Numbered from the stretch's first letter, positions 1-14,070 are shown. The stretch is DNA of 64,000 bases from Epiperipatus broadwayi (GCA_028023455.1 JAQFVV010000007.1:9548001-9612000); one strand, 5' to 3'. Numbers and translations are program-made. Notes: generated from the sequence alone by a model not told the origin.

Positions 1-890
1 AACAAGGGAATATACACGTAAATGGAAAAATGTGAGTGATTTAGTTTGCAAGTTGTGTAAGGAAGGCGTAGAAAATATTAGGCATCTGTTAATTGAATGC
101 AAATGCTTGAAAGCAGAAAGAGTACAAATAATGAAGTTATGGAAGACTAAATATAAACAAAGTGATTATACAGATAGTGGATTATTGGTTTTTATGATGG
201 GTTTGGGAAAAGATAAGGGGGATTTAGATATGAAGGTCATGGAGTTGACAAAGATTATGTTATGGAAATGGGATGGAGCAGGATATTGGAAAATTTAGGG
301 TGGGGAATGGAAAGTGAACGTAAAGTGGCTAACAGGTTTCTCTGGGCATAGTTGCTGAGAGATTCCTGACTCTGTATAAGGAGTAGAAGTCACAGTGCAT
401 CACATCACAGATGTAAATGTCTGAAAGCAGAAAGGGTACAAATAATGAAGTTGTGGAAGAATAAATATGAACAAAGTGATTATACAGAAAGTGGCTTATT
501 GGATTTTATTCTGGGTTTGGGAACAGATAAAGGCCATGGAGTTGACAAAGATTATGTTATGGAAATGGGATGGAGCAGGATAGAGAAGAATATGGCAAAA
601 CTTGGGATGGGGAATGGAAAGGAAAGTCAAAGTGGCTAACAGATTTCTCTGGGCATAATTTCTGAGAGATTCCTGACTCTATATAAGAAGTTACAGTGCA
701 TCACATCACATCAGATTAGATATAAAGGCCATAGAGTCTTATGTTATGGAAATGGGATGGAGCAGGATAGAGAAGAATATGGTAAAATTTAGTGCAGGGA
801 ATGGAAAGGGAAGGTAGTGGCTAACAGGCTTTTCTGGGCATAGTCGCTGAGAGATTCCTGACCCCTAAAAAGGAGAAGTCATAGGACATT
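1..890 (+). mobile_element. 3' end of a non-LTR retrotransposon (C-terminal zinc-knuckle region) with tandem partial re-duplications of its 3' segment
   Basis: ORF 32-298 reads CKLCKEGVENIRHLLIEC, the CxxC..E...H....C motif typical of LINE ORF2 C-termini. The ~112-415 block recurs at ~424-715 and, shorter, at ~716-890. Confidence 0.6.
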
Positions 891-1716
891 GCATCAATTT
901 GCTAAAAAAATAGTATGTATGCAGAAGTCATGTAATGTTTTGTTGCTGCTATAACAGGAACTTTCAGAGGATTAGAAAGAAAAAAGAACTGATTCTGAGA
1001 AGTCATACAATGTTTGAGCACCATCCTAATAAGCCAAGAATAATAGTTCCATTTACTGGTCAAACATATATATATATATTGTTCATGTGAGATTATAATT
1101 GATACTTAACAAAATATATATATATTGAAACAGATATACTGTTTCATGTATATATTTAGAAGATCCCCCCCCCCATATAAAAGACTAATAATATTTTAAA
1201 TCAGACTAGCAATATTTCAAAAATAAAAATAAAAACTAATTATACTAAATATTTTAAAGAAGAGGAAAAAATAATGAAATTTGACTTCAATTAAAAATAA
1301 TGCTTTGGTCAAATGAAAAGAAAATTAACTTTTCAAAATGGAAAAAAGAGAGAAAAGCAAATATGTTTATATTTGCAATTAAATAAAGTATAAATCTTTC
1401 TTTATTAAATAAAAAAAATCTTCAAACATTAAAACTCAGATTGAAGAAAACTTCTAAGACAGAATAACTCTAGGTGTCAAATCACTGTGCTGCAGGCAAT
1501 AAAAAAATCAAGATTCGAAAATCCATGAAGGTAGATGATCGAAAATAGTGTAATTAAAAGTCTGTTCCCACCAAAGAGAAACTCTCCAATGGTCTGGGGG
1601 ATTAAAAAACATGGACAAGGATGAAAAAGCTGCTACCAATGGAAGAAAAGGAACATGTAAGCTGAATCCATTTGTCAGAGAGAAAAAATATAAATAGTTG
1701 GAAAATCAGTAGAAGA

Positions 1717-2110
<394 letters not shown>

Positions 2111-2711
2111 GTTAATTGATTCAGAGACACAAGATTTAGCTACAAGAGTACTAAAAAAGTGACTAAATGAGACCATCAAACAGCCTAATAAAAAATCTTA
2201 ATATGACTGTAGGCTAGAGACTGCTTGTTCCCTTTATCTGCCCACCATGTGAACTCCAAGCCTTGCCTAGAAGTTTTAATGAGCCATTCAAGGCAGACCC
2301 CCAGTTATTTAATAATGCAGTAATACACGAAGACATGAAATTTAGAAGTAAGCAATTAAAAATGATTCAATTACAATAAGATATAAATTAAAATTGTAGC
2401 TATTAATTTTTATAAAACAAAAGAGAGAAAATGTTATATTATTAGTCTTAAGAAAAGTTTTCATAATCAATTATTAACTTCAGTCAAAAGTTGATGATAG
2501 TTTTTTATCTTTATTTAAAAATGAAAACAAGAATATTATTTAATTAAAAACACTCACACACATATATATGTATTATATATTTCATTAGTTAAACACCAAT
2601 TATTTCATAAAATTTAAGATATGTTAAAATAATAGAAATACTTCTAATAATAATTGTAATAATTATTTCACATGAACTAGCTAAATGAAAATGTCAATCA
2701 AAGATATGGTA

Positions 2712-3720
2712 AAAATAATAAAATGCTATATGAATAATAAATACTTATATGCATGTTAGCTATATCTTAATAAAACAACAAAATGTATGTGTAGAAATAT
2801 ACATCTATACTGGATTGGATTATAAATGCTCCACAAACATGGAATTGCTGATATTACCTGCTTACCTACCTGTAATGATTCTTAAAAATAATAAAATGCT
2901 GTATGAATCATAAATACTTATATGCATGTTAGCTATATCTTAATAAAATAATAAAATGTATGTGCATAAATATACATCTATACTTGATGGATTATAAACG
3001 CTCCACACTGAATTGCTGATATTACCTGCTTACCTATCTGTAATGATTCTTAAAAATAATAAGATGCTATATGAATCATAAATGCTTTTGTGCATGTTAT
3101 ATATATCTTAATAAAATAACAACACATATGTGTATAAATATACATCTACATGAAATGCTTTCACATACCTGGAATAATAATTGTAATACTGATATTATCT
3201 ATACATCTACTCAAAATATTTCTACAGACCCGGAATAAATGATTATAAACATTTATGTATTAATATAATATGTATACCTACCTGAAATGCTTTCACAAAT
3301 CCGGAATAATAATTGCAATACTGATATTATATGTACATCTACCTAAAATGCATTCACATACCTGGAATAACAAGTGTAATACTGATATTATTTGTTCATC
3401 TACTTTAAATGCTTCTATAGACTTGAAATCAATAGTCAAAAACATTTATTTATAAATTGTGTATGTGTACTTGCTAAAAATGCTTCTATAGACCTGGAAT
3501 AAATTGTATTAATTATATACGTATATTTACCTGAAATGTGTCTTTAAACTTCTTCTCATCATGTGAACTAAGAAAATGGGTTTTTGCTCAAATAACCTAC
3601 ATGAAATATCTTTAGACTTTTTCTCATAATGTGAACTAAAAAATGCGTTTTTGCTTGGATAACCTACCTGAAATATTTCTAGACTTCTCCTGATTATATG
3701 AACTATATTAGAAGGACTTG
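2712..3720. repeat. Degenerate tandem repeat (~170-bp units grading into ~60-bp subunits)
   Basis: aaaataataaaatgct(a/g)tatgaat...tacct(a)tctgtaatgattctt repeats at ~2712, ~2885 and ~3053. Further on, the motif atacatctac..gaaatgcttt..acctggaataa recurs. Confidence 0.75.
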
Positions 3721-3734
3721 CTAATGAATTATTG

Positions 3735-4096
3735 TTAATAAAATTGTTGTTATTAAAAATTAATCTAATTGTTTAGTTCCATTTTTGCACCACTAATAAT
3801 TATTCATTGCATCTTGCTCACAAGAATCTCATGTCTCCTGAGCTATGTTCAGCATAATCAGACAATGGTAAGTAAGGTTGTAGTGAGATGGAACTCTAGT
3901 GGTGCCATTTGGGAAACCAAACACATAAATAGATGCTTCCAGTCTCTATGGCTACACATCCTCTGATGAGCAGGAAAAATTGTTGTAGGTGGGATGACAT
4001 CTGCATTGGGGAATGCCAATCGATAGTTCCTTCCTGCAATATGCTCATCAGGAAATAATACCAACAAAGAGTGGGGTTGGTTCTTATCCAGTTACA
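3735..4096 (+). mobile_element. LTR fragment (U5-like end) at a (TA)n site
   Basis: Ends ...cttatccaGTTACA followed by ATATATATAT, the same terminus pattern as other LTR ends in the window. Left boundary is approximate. Confidence 0.45.
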
Positions 4097-5094
4097 ATAT
4101 ATATATATTTCACCTGGCTTCTTAATATATCAAACAATGGTTATATTTAGCTACTTATGTTTTTATAGACATTATTTCTTGGTTTGTAGTATCAGTCAGT
4201 GACAGCAGTAATGGATCAAGAGAGAATGCCTACACATATTTTTTCTCAATCATGTTGCTGACTGGCGGTATGCTTGGTCTTGCCTGGTTAGAAGTCTGAA
4301 CTAATGTGGTTACTTTCCTAGGATCACTCGATCTATCACTTTGCTAAGTGATAATTCTTGATGCCATGTTTCTTCCTGGCTTGAGCTGGTCTTGCTGTTT
4401 ATCAGTTTGAGAGTCTTTGTTTGTGTTTCTTTAAATTGCTGCCTATCAAGTAATAAAGATACTGTTGATTGGTATTAATATTGGGATTGTCTAAATGCTG
4501 ATTAGCTTTTAATGATTATTAATACTTATGTATATAAATTCTACAATCAATATTCATACATATTTGCTGCATCCACTGACACTGCTTCTGATGTTTAGTT
4601 TTAGCAGTGAATGAACTGATTCTCATGAGCTTAGCATTATGTCTATTTCGTGTTGCACCCACTTCAGTATCTGGCTTTCTTAAATCTTTGCTAAATTCTT
4701 CAGCTTCCTGCTGCTGCGTTACTGAAATCTCAATACCACCTTTGCAATAGTAACACTATAGTAATAATAATAGTAATAACAACAACAACAACAATTTCTT
4801 CTCCTAATTACATTTTGGGCAGATTCAATTGATGATGCTCTTTTTCTCAGGCCACAGTGAAAACTAGATCTCTTCTTATAAGTGATCAGTTGTTTATTAA
4901 CTATTTATAACTGATTACATAGTAATAATAGCTTTTTTTACAGATCAACCATACCTATATGTTCTTCCTAAGGCAAACATGTGTACTTATCAGTGTATTT
5001 GCTAAAAGTAAGTAACAATGTAATCATATGTTAATGTGATTAACTATTATTTATCAGCTTGTGAATGGACAAACACTCTGAACCATATATATAT

Positions 5095-7290
5095 TGTAAT
5101 GGTCAAAACATGTCTATCTTGCTAACACACTGCAGAATTTAAACCCAGGACATAGAACTCAACACTAAGGAGGGTTACCTCCCAGAAATCCCAAGTTCAA
5201 ATCCAAAGTCCAAACTCCACAATGCCCTTTACGGGATAACACATTTGATGCTACTAATAATATAATTTCATGCCGGTGCCGGTGATCAGGGAGAAAACAA
5301 AAGACTATAAATCTAAAGTAGCCCTAGATTCATTTAACAATAGCTTATAGATGTGCCCGAGATAAACCCACTATGGTATGTTACTTAAATTTCACCCCGA
5401 ATAAAAAGAGAAAAGAAATAAATTTACAAATAATATTTTAATAATTAGATATAGAAAATAGTTTAGCTATATAAATTGGATAGCTATATACAATAAACAA
5501 CAAGATGGCTGATACCTCGTACTTGGGTTCATTTAGATATGTCTAAAATACAGTGACATGGTAGGTATATGCGAGTCACGTAAAGTCTAACAGAATTTGA
5601 ATATTCTAAAACTATATATAATTGGAATCTTAAATGGAAACCGAGAGTCGCTCGCAAAGTGATTAACAAAATTATAAGAACGAGCTATACTGAATGGACT
5701 TAAAATTCATTTAAATAATAGAATTCTTGTAAAGTAATTACTAAGGAAAATGTACGGTGATGCCAGCAATATAATGCCGAGGAAGGGTGCAGTTTCTGAG
5801 TATGCAACTTTATAAAATACAAAGAAAAGGTCTTGGCTTTGGATAGGCATTTTGCCTTTTATTTGGGGCATCTCTAGCCCACTCACAGCTCAAGCCTGGC
5901 CTGCACCCAGGAACTTCATAACTGTGGGGATGTACGCGAAATAATTCCCATGTGCCATTATAGCACAGTACTGGGAACCACAGAGTAAAAATAAGGGGAA
6001 CAGATTTAACCAATGGCGAACTTTGAAAATGGTAAGGTTCCAGCACCCAAGCATATTTACTAGCAACACAGTTAAATTTTAAAATACACTTAGTAAAACA
6101 AAGGGCAAGTTATTAAAGAACAGAAATAGCTCACTCTCAAATTTCATATTTTAATGGCCAGCAGACTCTCAACAAAACTTAGAGAAATAAATATTTATTC
6201 TAACAAAGTTATTATACGCAAGAAATACTTTAAAACATATATAAAAGATGGGAGGGGGAAAATGCATGTTTGCGGTTTAAATAAACTAAGATGGCAACCA
6301 CGTATGTTTTAACTTCCCTACATGACTCGCATTTGCCTAAAGAAATTAACTAGATATTTATTACAATACATTTAAATAAGACATTTACAAATAGATATAG
6401 AAAATCAACCCAAGCACAAGTTCAGCATGCATTAGAAAAAAACACTTGAATAAATACATATTAAGGAATATACAAAATTTATTAGCTATATAGCATAAAG
6501 GTTTCCGAGACCTCGGGTTGATTTTAATTACCTCATTCTTTCAGATCCATCCATGGGCATTTCCAAATTTGTAACAAAGTTCTTAAGCAAATTTTGATTC
6601 TCCCTGGTTTTTTGTTCCACAGCAGCAGTTAGTAGATTTCAGGAGCAGTATTTCTTTGGGCTGGTTTAGTTGGGCTTGATGATACGGTAACAGGACATCG
6701 GATGGTGAATGATGAATGGCCAAGGCACTGGCGCCTGAGGGAAAACAGCCTACTTCCCCTTTACCCCGTCATTCTAAGGTTAAATGATTTTAAAACTTGT
6801 TCTAAACTCACAAACAAGCTGGTCAGTCCAATAATGCAAATAAAAAAAAACTATCAGAAAATCAATTTCAAAATTACAGAAAATATAACTTTTTCTGTCA
6901 CAATATCAGGCAGATTAATTAATAACTCTATAATAATAATAATCAATCAGCCCTATTTATATGCTCTCTCTGATTACAATCTAACCCTGCATTGGTAAAA
7001 TTCATTCCTTAAGTTATTAATAAATTGGAAAACACGGACTGCATTTTTTAATTAAATCTGCTCGTAAGCACTGTTTTCAATCTTATTAAACTAGTAAAAC
7101 TGGTACCAATATAGTTAAAATTAGCCACTATTGTTCTTTCCTACCCTCACTGATTTAAAAAGAAAAAATGGCATTATTTTGAAAAACTAAATAGTTTTAT
7201 ATTTATAACTTTGAATTTAATTTCCAGAATATATTTATCAGTAATATTATTTTATTAAATGCAAACAAATATAGTGGAATAACATCACAA
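5095..7290 (-). mobile_element. Long (~2.2 kb) solo LTR, Gypsy-like
   Basis: ATAT|TGTAATGG terminus at 5095. Minus-strand TATA box (gcaTATAAATagg, ~6955) and CCAAT box (~6992). Shares the segment caggg..aacaaaagact with the 27361 element. Right boundary is approximate. Confidence 0.55.
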
Positions 7291-7334
7291 AATAAACAGA
7301 TTCAAAACATAAAAGTAGAGTTAAAAATAGATAT

Positions 7335-7627
7335 CTTAGTTCTGCTTTGTATGTCCATGAAAAAGATACCGGCCACACTATTGATTTTGAGGAAGCTAAG
7401 GTTGTCTTCTTTGAGAGAAATGAAATCAAAAGAAGAATTAAAGAATCTTTATTATTGAAAATTTATTATTCTGAAGCAATTAATTTATTTAAGAGTTCTT
7501 TTAATATTAAGGGTGGATGGAAAGTGAATGGATTTGTGGGAAATGTTTAATATTAAGTATATTGTGTAGTTTTAGTAGTTCTTTACACTTGAGAAGTCTG
7601 CTTGTAGCAGTGAAACCTTTGGTAGTG
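7335..7627 (+). mobile_element. Penelope-like element 3' fragment: GIY-YIG endonuclease C-terminus plus degenerate hammerhead region
   Basis: SALYVHEKDTGHTIDFEEAKVVFFERNEIKRRIKESLLL matches the PLE pattern SA..H....GH.IDF......E.....R.IKE. It is followed by ttgagaag-tctgct-tgt-agcag-t-GAAAcctt. Confidence 0.8.
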
Positions 7628-7736
7628 TTTTAATATTATTTTTATGCTGGTCTGGTTGAATTTTGGATTTGGGGTAATTTTAATTATGCATTGATTAGTT
7701 TAGCTTTATGCTTGTAATGTTTATATATATATATAT

Positions 7737-10700
7737 TGTAACGAGCACAGATGTTCGTTACATTATTTTTTTTTATATTTATTAAACATGTAAGTAAATT
7801 AAAAAGTTCGCATTTAAAAATTTTCTTTAAGAATTAAAAATTGAAATTAAATATCATCTTAAACTCGTATATATTAAATCGCACAGATAAAAAAAATTAT
7901 TAAAATAAAACTGTATTAAAAATAGAAAAGGTATTTTAAAAACAAAAACTTAAAAAGATTTAGAGATAAAAATATATCTTTGATTTGGAAAACAGGTTAA
8001 TTAATCAGAAATGGAAATGATTGTTAATTAGTTAAATGTAAACCAGCCTTGGGCATTTAAATGTAAAAACATCGGTCAGATAGGAAAACAATAGAAACAA
8101 ATAGCCAATGAAAGAAATCCATCGGGAAATCGGACCTCAGCGAAAGGATCATCACATTGATGACATAATGCCAAGTCAATCCTTCGAATACGTATAAAAG
8201 GAAAATTTGGAAATTATTAATGAGTGACTGGAAATTGATTATTACGATGTGACTATATGTAGTAGTACGAAGTTGGAGGTGAAGGAATTGACAGACGCAC
8301 TGTCAATTCTTTCAGCTGTTAAAGAAAGGAGAAATGAACTATCATTTCCTACATTGAGGACCAATTAAACTAAAAAAACCTCCGAATGAATAAATAAAAC
8401 AACGGCTAAATGGATACCAATCTTAGGACGGCGTGGGAATTCCCGTTCAAACTTACAAACGACAGATAAAGATGAACTGTTTAAAACCGTAAGGACTTTA
8501 CAATTAATGAACATTAAATTAAAACTTTTCGTATTTAAAATAATTGCATTAGTTTCCTATCTGACTAAAGTAGTTAAAATGTTATTTGATGTATTTTTTA
8601 TTTATTTGTGTAATATCATTTCCATTTATTTAATTTTGTTCTTTAAGTTTATTTATGATTTCTGTTTTCCGATAAATTAAAATATATCAATGTTAAACTT
8701 AAGTCGGGCGTGAATGGCTGTATAGATTTGTAAAGTTATATTAGGGGAGGGTAATCTTGGGTTATTTGGTTCGTGGTTAAATTGGGTCAATGGATTGGAT
8801 ATATTGGTGTGATTAGTAGATGTAATATTGATTCGCTACGGGCAGAATCGCTTCATACGCCGCACACTTCCGTTTGCCTATGGAAGGAATTATAAGTCGG
8901 ATACCGCAGTTCCTTTCTATGGAGTTTTTTGTTTTATTGCTCTTCTTTGCAGATAGATGTAATATTCCTATCTCATGAGAAGCAATTTCTTCTCTTAACT
9001 TTTTGTGCTGCCGTATTTTATTACATTGAATACATCGATATATCAGATGAATTGATGCCAGTTTGACTACGAATTTTAACCTAAGGTTAAATAGGGATAG
9101 AATGTTTATTTTCAAAAGCAAATTTATGTGGTCTATTCATACTTGACCCTAAATAGAAATGCATTAAATTTAAGTTGTTTATAGACGCTTGCATGAATTG
9201 TTTATTGGTTAACTATGTTTTGCGTTTCCATATTTGATCAAAATATATAGACATTCGATAAATAATGATACCTTACGGTGAGTATCAAAAATGTATTTAT
9301 TCGGATGTCTTTTAAGTTATTGGTGACAATGCAAGTATCTTATGGTTAATACTATTGGGTTACGTATAAATTTCCTTCCGCAATTGTCAGTAATCAATAA
9401 TTTTGTATTTTGATCGTTTATGTTTACTTTGAAATGTGTTTAACCGTGTAATCTATGTGACCGATCTATAGCAACATATTAAAACAAGCTTTTATAATCC
9501 CATCTGTGCGAACTTAATTAAAATGTAAACTGATAATATAATAGAAATTAAAATGTAAATTAAAATCTAAGGTAAAGTTAAAAATAATGTTAAATTTTGA
9601 AATGTAAAACTGATACTAAAACAATTTTAAATCTTATATATATATGTGCATAAATAAATTTTTGTATGTTAATTACTGGCAGTGGCTTATTTTATTCTTT
9701 TTTATATATATACTCTTAGATTATCTTATTAAATCTCTGCTATTCCACTGAGCTAGTGACATGGGCTAACGACCGGATGCAAAATATAAAAAAAAAAAAA
9801 ATTTTTTTTTTGACTTACGTATCTGCCTACTTTATAAATTTTTCTAGGTTCAAATGCCTAGATGGCGCCCGTAGTGCAGTTTACGTTAAGTGAAATCTCC
9901 AGATCTATACAACTGGCGTTTTCTCAACTTGGGCCGATATTTAATAAACCACGTATACCCTGAACAAATTCTTCTCAAAATGAAACATTTTTATCTGTTT
10001 ACATAAAGTCGTATACTTTAAATCTTATAAAAGCTCTGCCAGTAAAAGAAATAGCACATATATTAAACACGAGAAAGTATAAATAATTTTAAACTGTATT
10101 TCGTTAAAAAGAAAGTCAAAAGGTTGCGATTGATATGTTTTTTTTTTTTGTTGTTATAATATAAATTATGCTTTAATGTGTATAGGAGCGCACAGCCACG
10201 TAAGTTTATGATCGAAATGTGGTGCCTTACGATGAGTACCTTTGGGAATTACTTAAGTGTAACCCTATTTATGCATTTCAATCAGTCATAAATAAGTTGG
10301 TGGTATTTATAATTGTTCTGCAAATATACACGTTTAAACCCATTATTTCTTAAAACATATTTATCTCAATGCAACCTTCTTTAAATAAATAATTTATAAA
10401 ATAATTTGCTTGTCATGCCGTGTGTAAAAATAAAATGTATAAAATAAAATAGAACTCTTGTGGGGAGGGGTGTAAACGTAAATGGTCCTTAGGTAAGCGA
10501 TAGTAAACATTTTTCTTTTTGTATATAGTCTTTTTGTAAAATTATTAACCGGATGTTTTGTAAATGTCTTCGTCAATCATGTACCGTAATTACTAACCCT
10601 AAGTAAAATTTTTTTTTTTTGATCATTTTTTTTTAAGCAACTTTACTGATATGTAACGAGCACAGACGTTCGTTACATTGTTTTTTTTTTATATTTATTA

Positions 10701-12833
10701 AACATGAAAGTAAATTAAAAAGTTCGCATTTAAAAATTTTCTTTAAGAATTAAAAATTGAAATTAAATATCATCTTAAACTCGTATATATTAAATCGCAC
10801 AGATAAAAAAAATTATTAAAATAAAACTGTATTAAAAATAGAAAAGGTATTTTAAAAACAAAAACTTAAAAAGATTTAGAGATAAAAATATATCTTTGAT
10901 TTGGAAAACAGGTTAATTAATCAGAAATGGAAATGATTGTTAATTAGTTAAATGTAAACCAGCCTTGGGCATTTAAATGTAAAAACATCGGTCAGATAGG
11001 AAAACAATAGAAACAAATAGCCAATGAAAGAAATCCATCGGGAAATCGGACCTCAGTGAAAGGATCATCACATCGATGACATAATGCCAAGTCAATCCTT
11101 CGAATACATATAAAAGGAAAATTTGGAAATTATTAATTAGTGACTGGAAATTGATTATTACGATGTGACTATATGTAGTAGTACGGAGTTGGAGGTGAAG
11201 GAATTGACAGACGCACTGTCAATTCTTTCAGCTGTTAAAGAAAGGAGAAATGAACTATCGTTTCCTACATTGAGGACCAATTAAACTAAAAAAACCTCCG
11301 AATGAATAAATAAAACAACGGCTAAATGGATACCAATCTTAGGACGGCGTGGGAATTCCCATTCAAACTTACAAACGACAGATAAAGATGAACTGTTTAA
11401 AACCGTAAGAACTTTACAATTAATGAACATTAAATTAAAACTTTTCGTATTTAAAATAATTGCATTAGTTTCCTATCTGACTAAAGTAGTTAAAATGTTA
11501 TTTGATGTATTTTTTATTTATTTGTGTAATATCATTTCCATTTATTTAATTTTGTTCTTTAAGTTTATTTATGATTTCTGTTTTCCGATAAATTAAAATA
11601 TATCAATGTTAAACTTAAGTCGGGCGTGAATGGCTGTATAGATTTGTAAAGTTATATTAGGGGAGGGTAATCTTGGGTTATTTGGTTCGTGGTTAAATTG
11701 GGTCAATGGATTGGATATATTGGTGTGATTAGTAGATGTAATATTGATTCGCTACGGGCAGAATCGCTTCATACGCCGCACACTTCCATTTGCCTATGGA
11801 AGGAATTATAAGTCGGATACCGCAGTTCCTTTCTATGGAGTTTTTTGTTTTATTGCTCTTCTTTGCAGATAGATGTAATATTCCTATCTCATGAGAAGCA
11901 ATTTCTTCTCTTAACTTTTTGTGCTGCTGTATTTTATTACATTGAATACATCGATATATCAGATGAATTGATGCCAGTTTGACTACGAATTTTAACCTAA
12001 GGTTAAATAGGGATAGAATGTTTATTTTCAAAAGCAAATTTATGTGGTCTATTCATACTTGACCCTAAATAGAAATGCATTAAATTTAAGTTGTTTATAG
12101 ACGCTTGCATGGATTGTTTATTGGTTAACTATGTTTTGCGTTTCCATATTTGATCAAAATATATAGACATTCGATAAATAATGATACCTTACGGTGAGTA
12201 TCAAAAATGTATTTATTTGGATGTCTTTTAAGTTATTGGTGACAATGCAAGTATCTTATGGTGAATACTATTGGGTTACGTATAAATTTCCCTCCGCAAT
12301 TGTCAGTAATCAATAATTTTGTATTTTGATCGTTTATGTTTACTTTGAAATGTGTTTAACCGTGTAATCTATGTAACCGATCTATAGCAACATATTAAAA
12401 CAAGCTTTTATAATCCCATCTGTGCGAACTTAATTAAAATGTAAACTGATAATATAATAGAAATTAAAATGTAAATTAAAATCTAAGGTAAAGTTAAAAA
12501 TAATGTTAAATTTTGAAATGTAAAACTGATACTAAAACAATTTTAAATCTTATATATATATGTGCATAAATAAATTTTTGTATGTTAATTACTGGCAGTG
12601 GCTTATTTTATTCTTTTTTATATATATACTCTTAGATTATCTTATTAAATCTCTGCTATTCCACTGAGCTAGTGACATGGGCTAACGACCGGATGCAAAA
12701 TTTAAAAAAAAAAAAAAAATTTTTTTTTTTTTGACTTACGTATCTGCCTACTTTATAAATTTTTCTAGGTTCAAATGCCTAGATGGCGCCCGTAGTGCAG
12801 TTTTCGTGAAGTCCCCTTTTCCGGATCGTTAGA
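7737..12833 (+). mobile_element. Non-autonomous LTR retroelement: two ~2.15-kb direct repeats (7737-9882 and 10652-12803) around a short non-coding interior
   Basis: About 20 differences between the copies (~1%). TG start, ATAT on both outer flanks. TATACA-ac-TGGCG (PBS-like) at 9906-9933. GGGGAGGGG|TGTAAAC (PPT-like) at 10462-10477. No gag/pol ORF. Confidence 0.8.
8105..8200 (+). promoter_or_regulatory. LTR promoter: CCAAT box and TATA box (copy at ~11020-11116)
   Basis: tagCCAATga at 8105 and cgTATAAAAGg at 8193, inside the LTR. Confidence 0.55.
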
Positions 12834-14070
12834 ATATATATATATAATTTTCTTCAGTTAGGAATTAATCAAGAACCTTTTGTCCTAAAACCTGTCACTT
12901 AACTATTGCATGAGTAGCAGCTAGTCATAAATGAGTATGGCTATGCTAACTCAAATAAGGAAGGAAGACAAGAGAGAAAAAACCTGCTTTATAACTGAGT
13001 TTAACAATGACTACACAAATCATCTGTGAGTCACAATTATATTTACATATTGCATATGTTATCCATTTTTCTGCTTATTTGATATTTTATGATGTCATTC
13101 AATTTCTTTAGCAGAAAACTTTTCTTTCTAGAATACTTCAATACCATGTCTACATGTAGCTCCCCAATATATTCTATTTGCTAAATATCTTTCCACTGGA
13201 AACAATTGACATTGCCCTTCTTTAGAATGTTTTTGAAATAATCCTTATAATGTAGATGGGGGTCCACCTCTCTTGTAAAAATTATGCTCAAGTTCACCAC
13301 AAACAAAACATTCTTTTAGAAAGACTTGGATTTATTCATATGTTTTACATGTCCAATCCAACAAAGGTGTAATTTTACTATGATGGATTCTAATAGGTTT
13401 TATAATCTTGCAATCATCATCCCAATAACCTTTCAACCATATTGGAAATGAAATTGGATGACTTGGCCTAAGTGAAAAGATTTGTTGTTCAGAATACATA
13501 TCAGATATTATATATATGATTTTCCAATGTTTATAATCATCATGATTTAAAACACATTTCTACAAATTACAATTATAGAAAACATTCTCATGCCTGTCTA
13601 CAAAAATTAATATTTGATATTGAGTAAAGCATACATTCTATATCTAAAACTTAAAAGAAGTATAATAATTTTGAAACTAATAACTAATCTAATAAATCGT
13701 TCATTTATTGAACAAATTGTTATGATAAAAAAGTGGGGGTAAAAGTATGTCACTTGAAAAATAAGTTTATAAATAAATATATAACAATGAAACTTAAATA
13801 CTGAGAAAATGCATGTCTTAACTTGACATAGGAGATCTGATTGGATAAAATGCATATTTGGAGCTATTAATATGTTATTAGACTGTTTGTAAGCATTGTG
13901 TTTTAAAATGTGTGAATGGTATCTCATTTACGTGCAACAACAAAGCCTTTCATATGCATTGATAATGCTTTGTCTTATGTTCATTCTCTCACTACTGATT
14001 GTAGTATTAATTTAGTAGTTTTGCATTTATTTGACAGTAGAAACAGAAATTTGAAAATATAAATGGTGAC

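Noticed and set aside
3858-4067. ORF with RNYRLAFPNADVIPPTTIF resembling a transposase HTH
   Set aside because: The resemblance is too short and the ORF falls in an LTR-like segment on the opposite strand.
8813-9121. 102-aa ORF duplicated at 11729-12037
   Set aside because: Lies antisense inside the LTR, has no recognisable domain, and is duplicated only because the LTR is.
9863-9870. TGGCGCCC as a tRNA-Lys primer-binding site
   Set aside because: It is inside the repeated unit in both copies, not after a CA end, and is part of an AGATGGCG (YY1-like) motif. The TGGCG at 9914 fits better.
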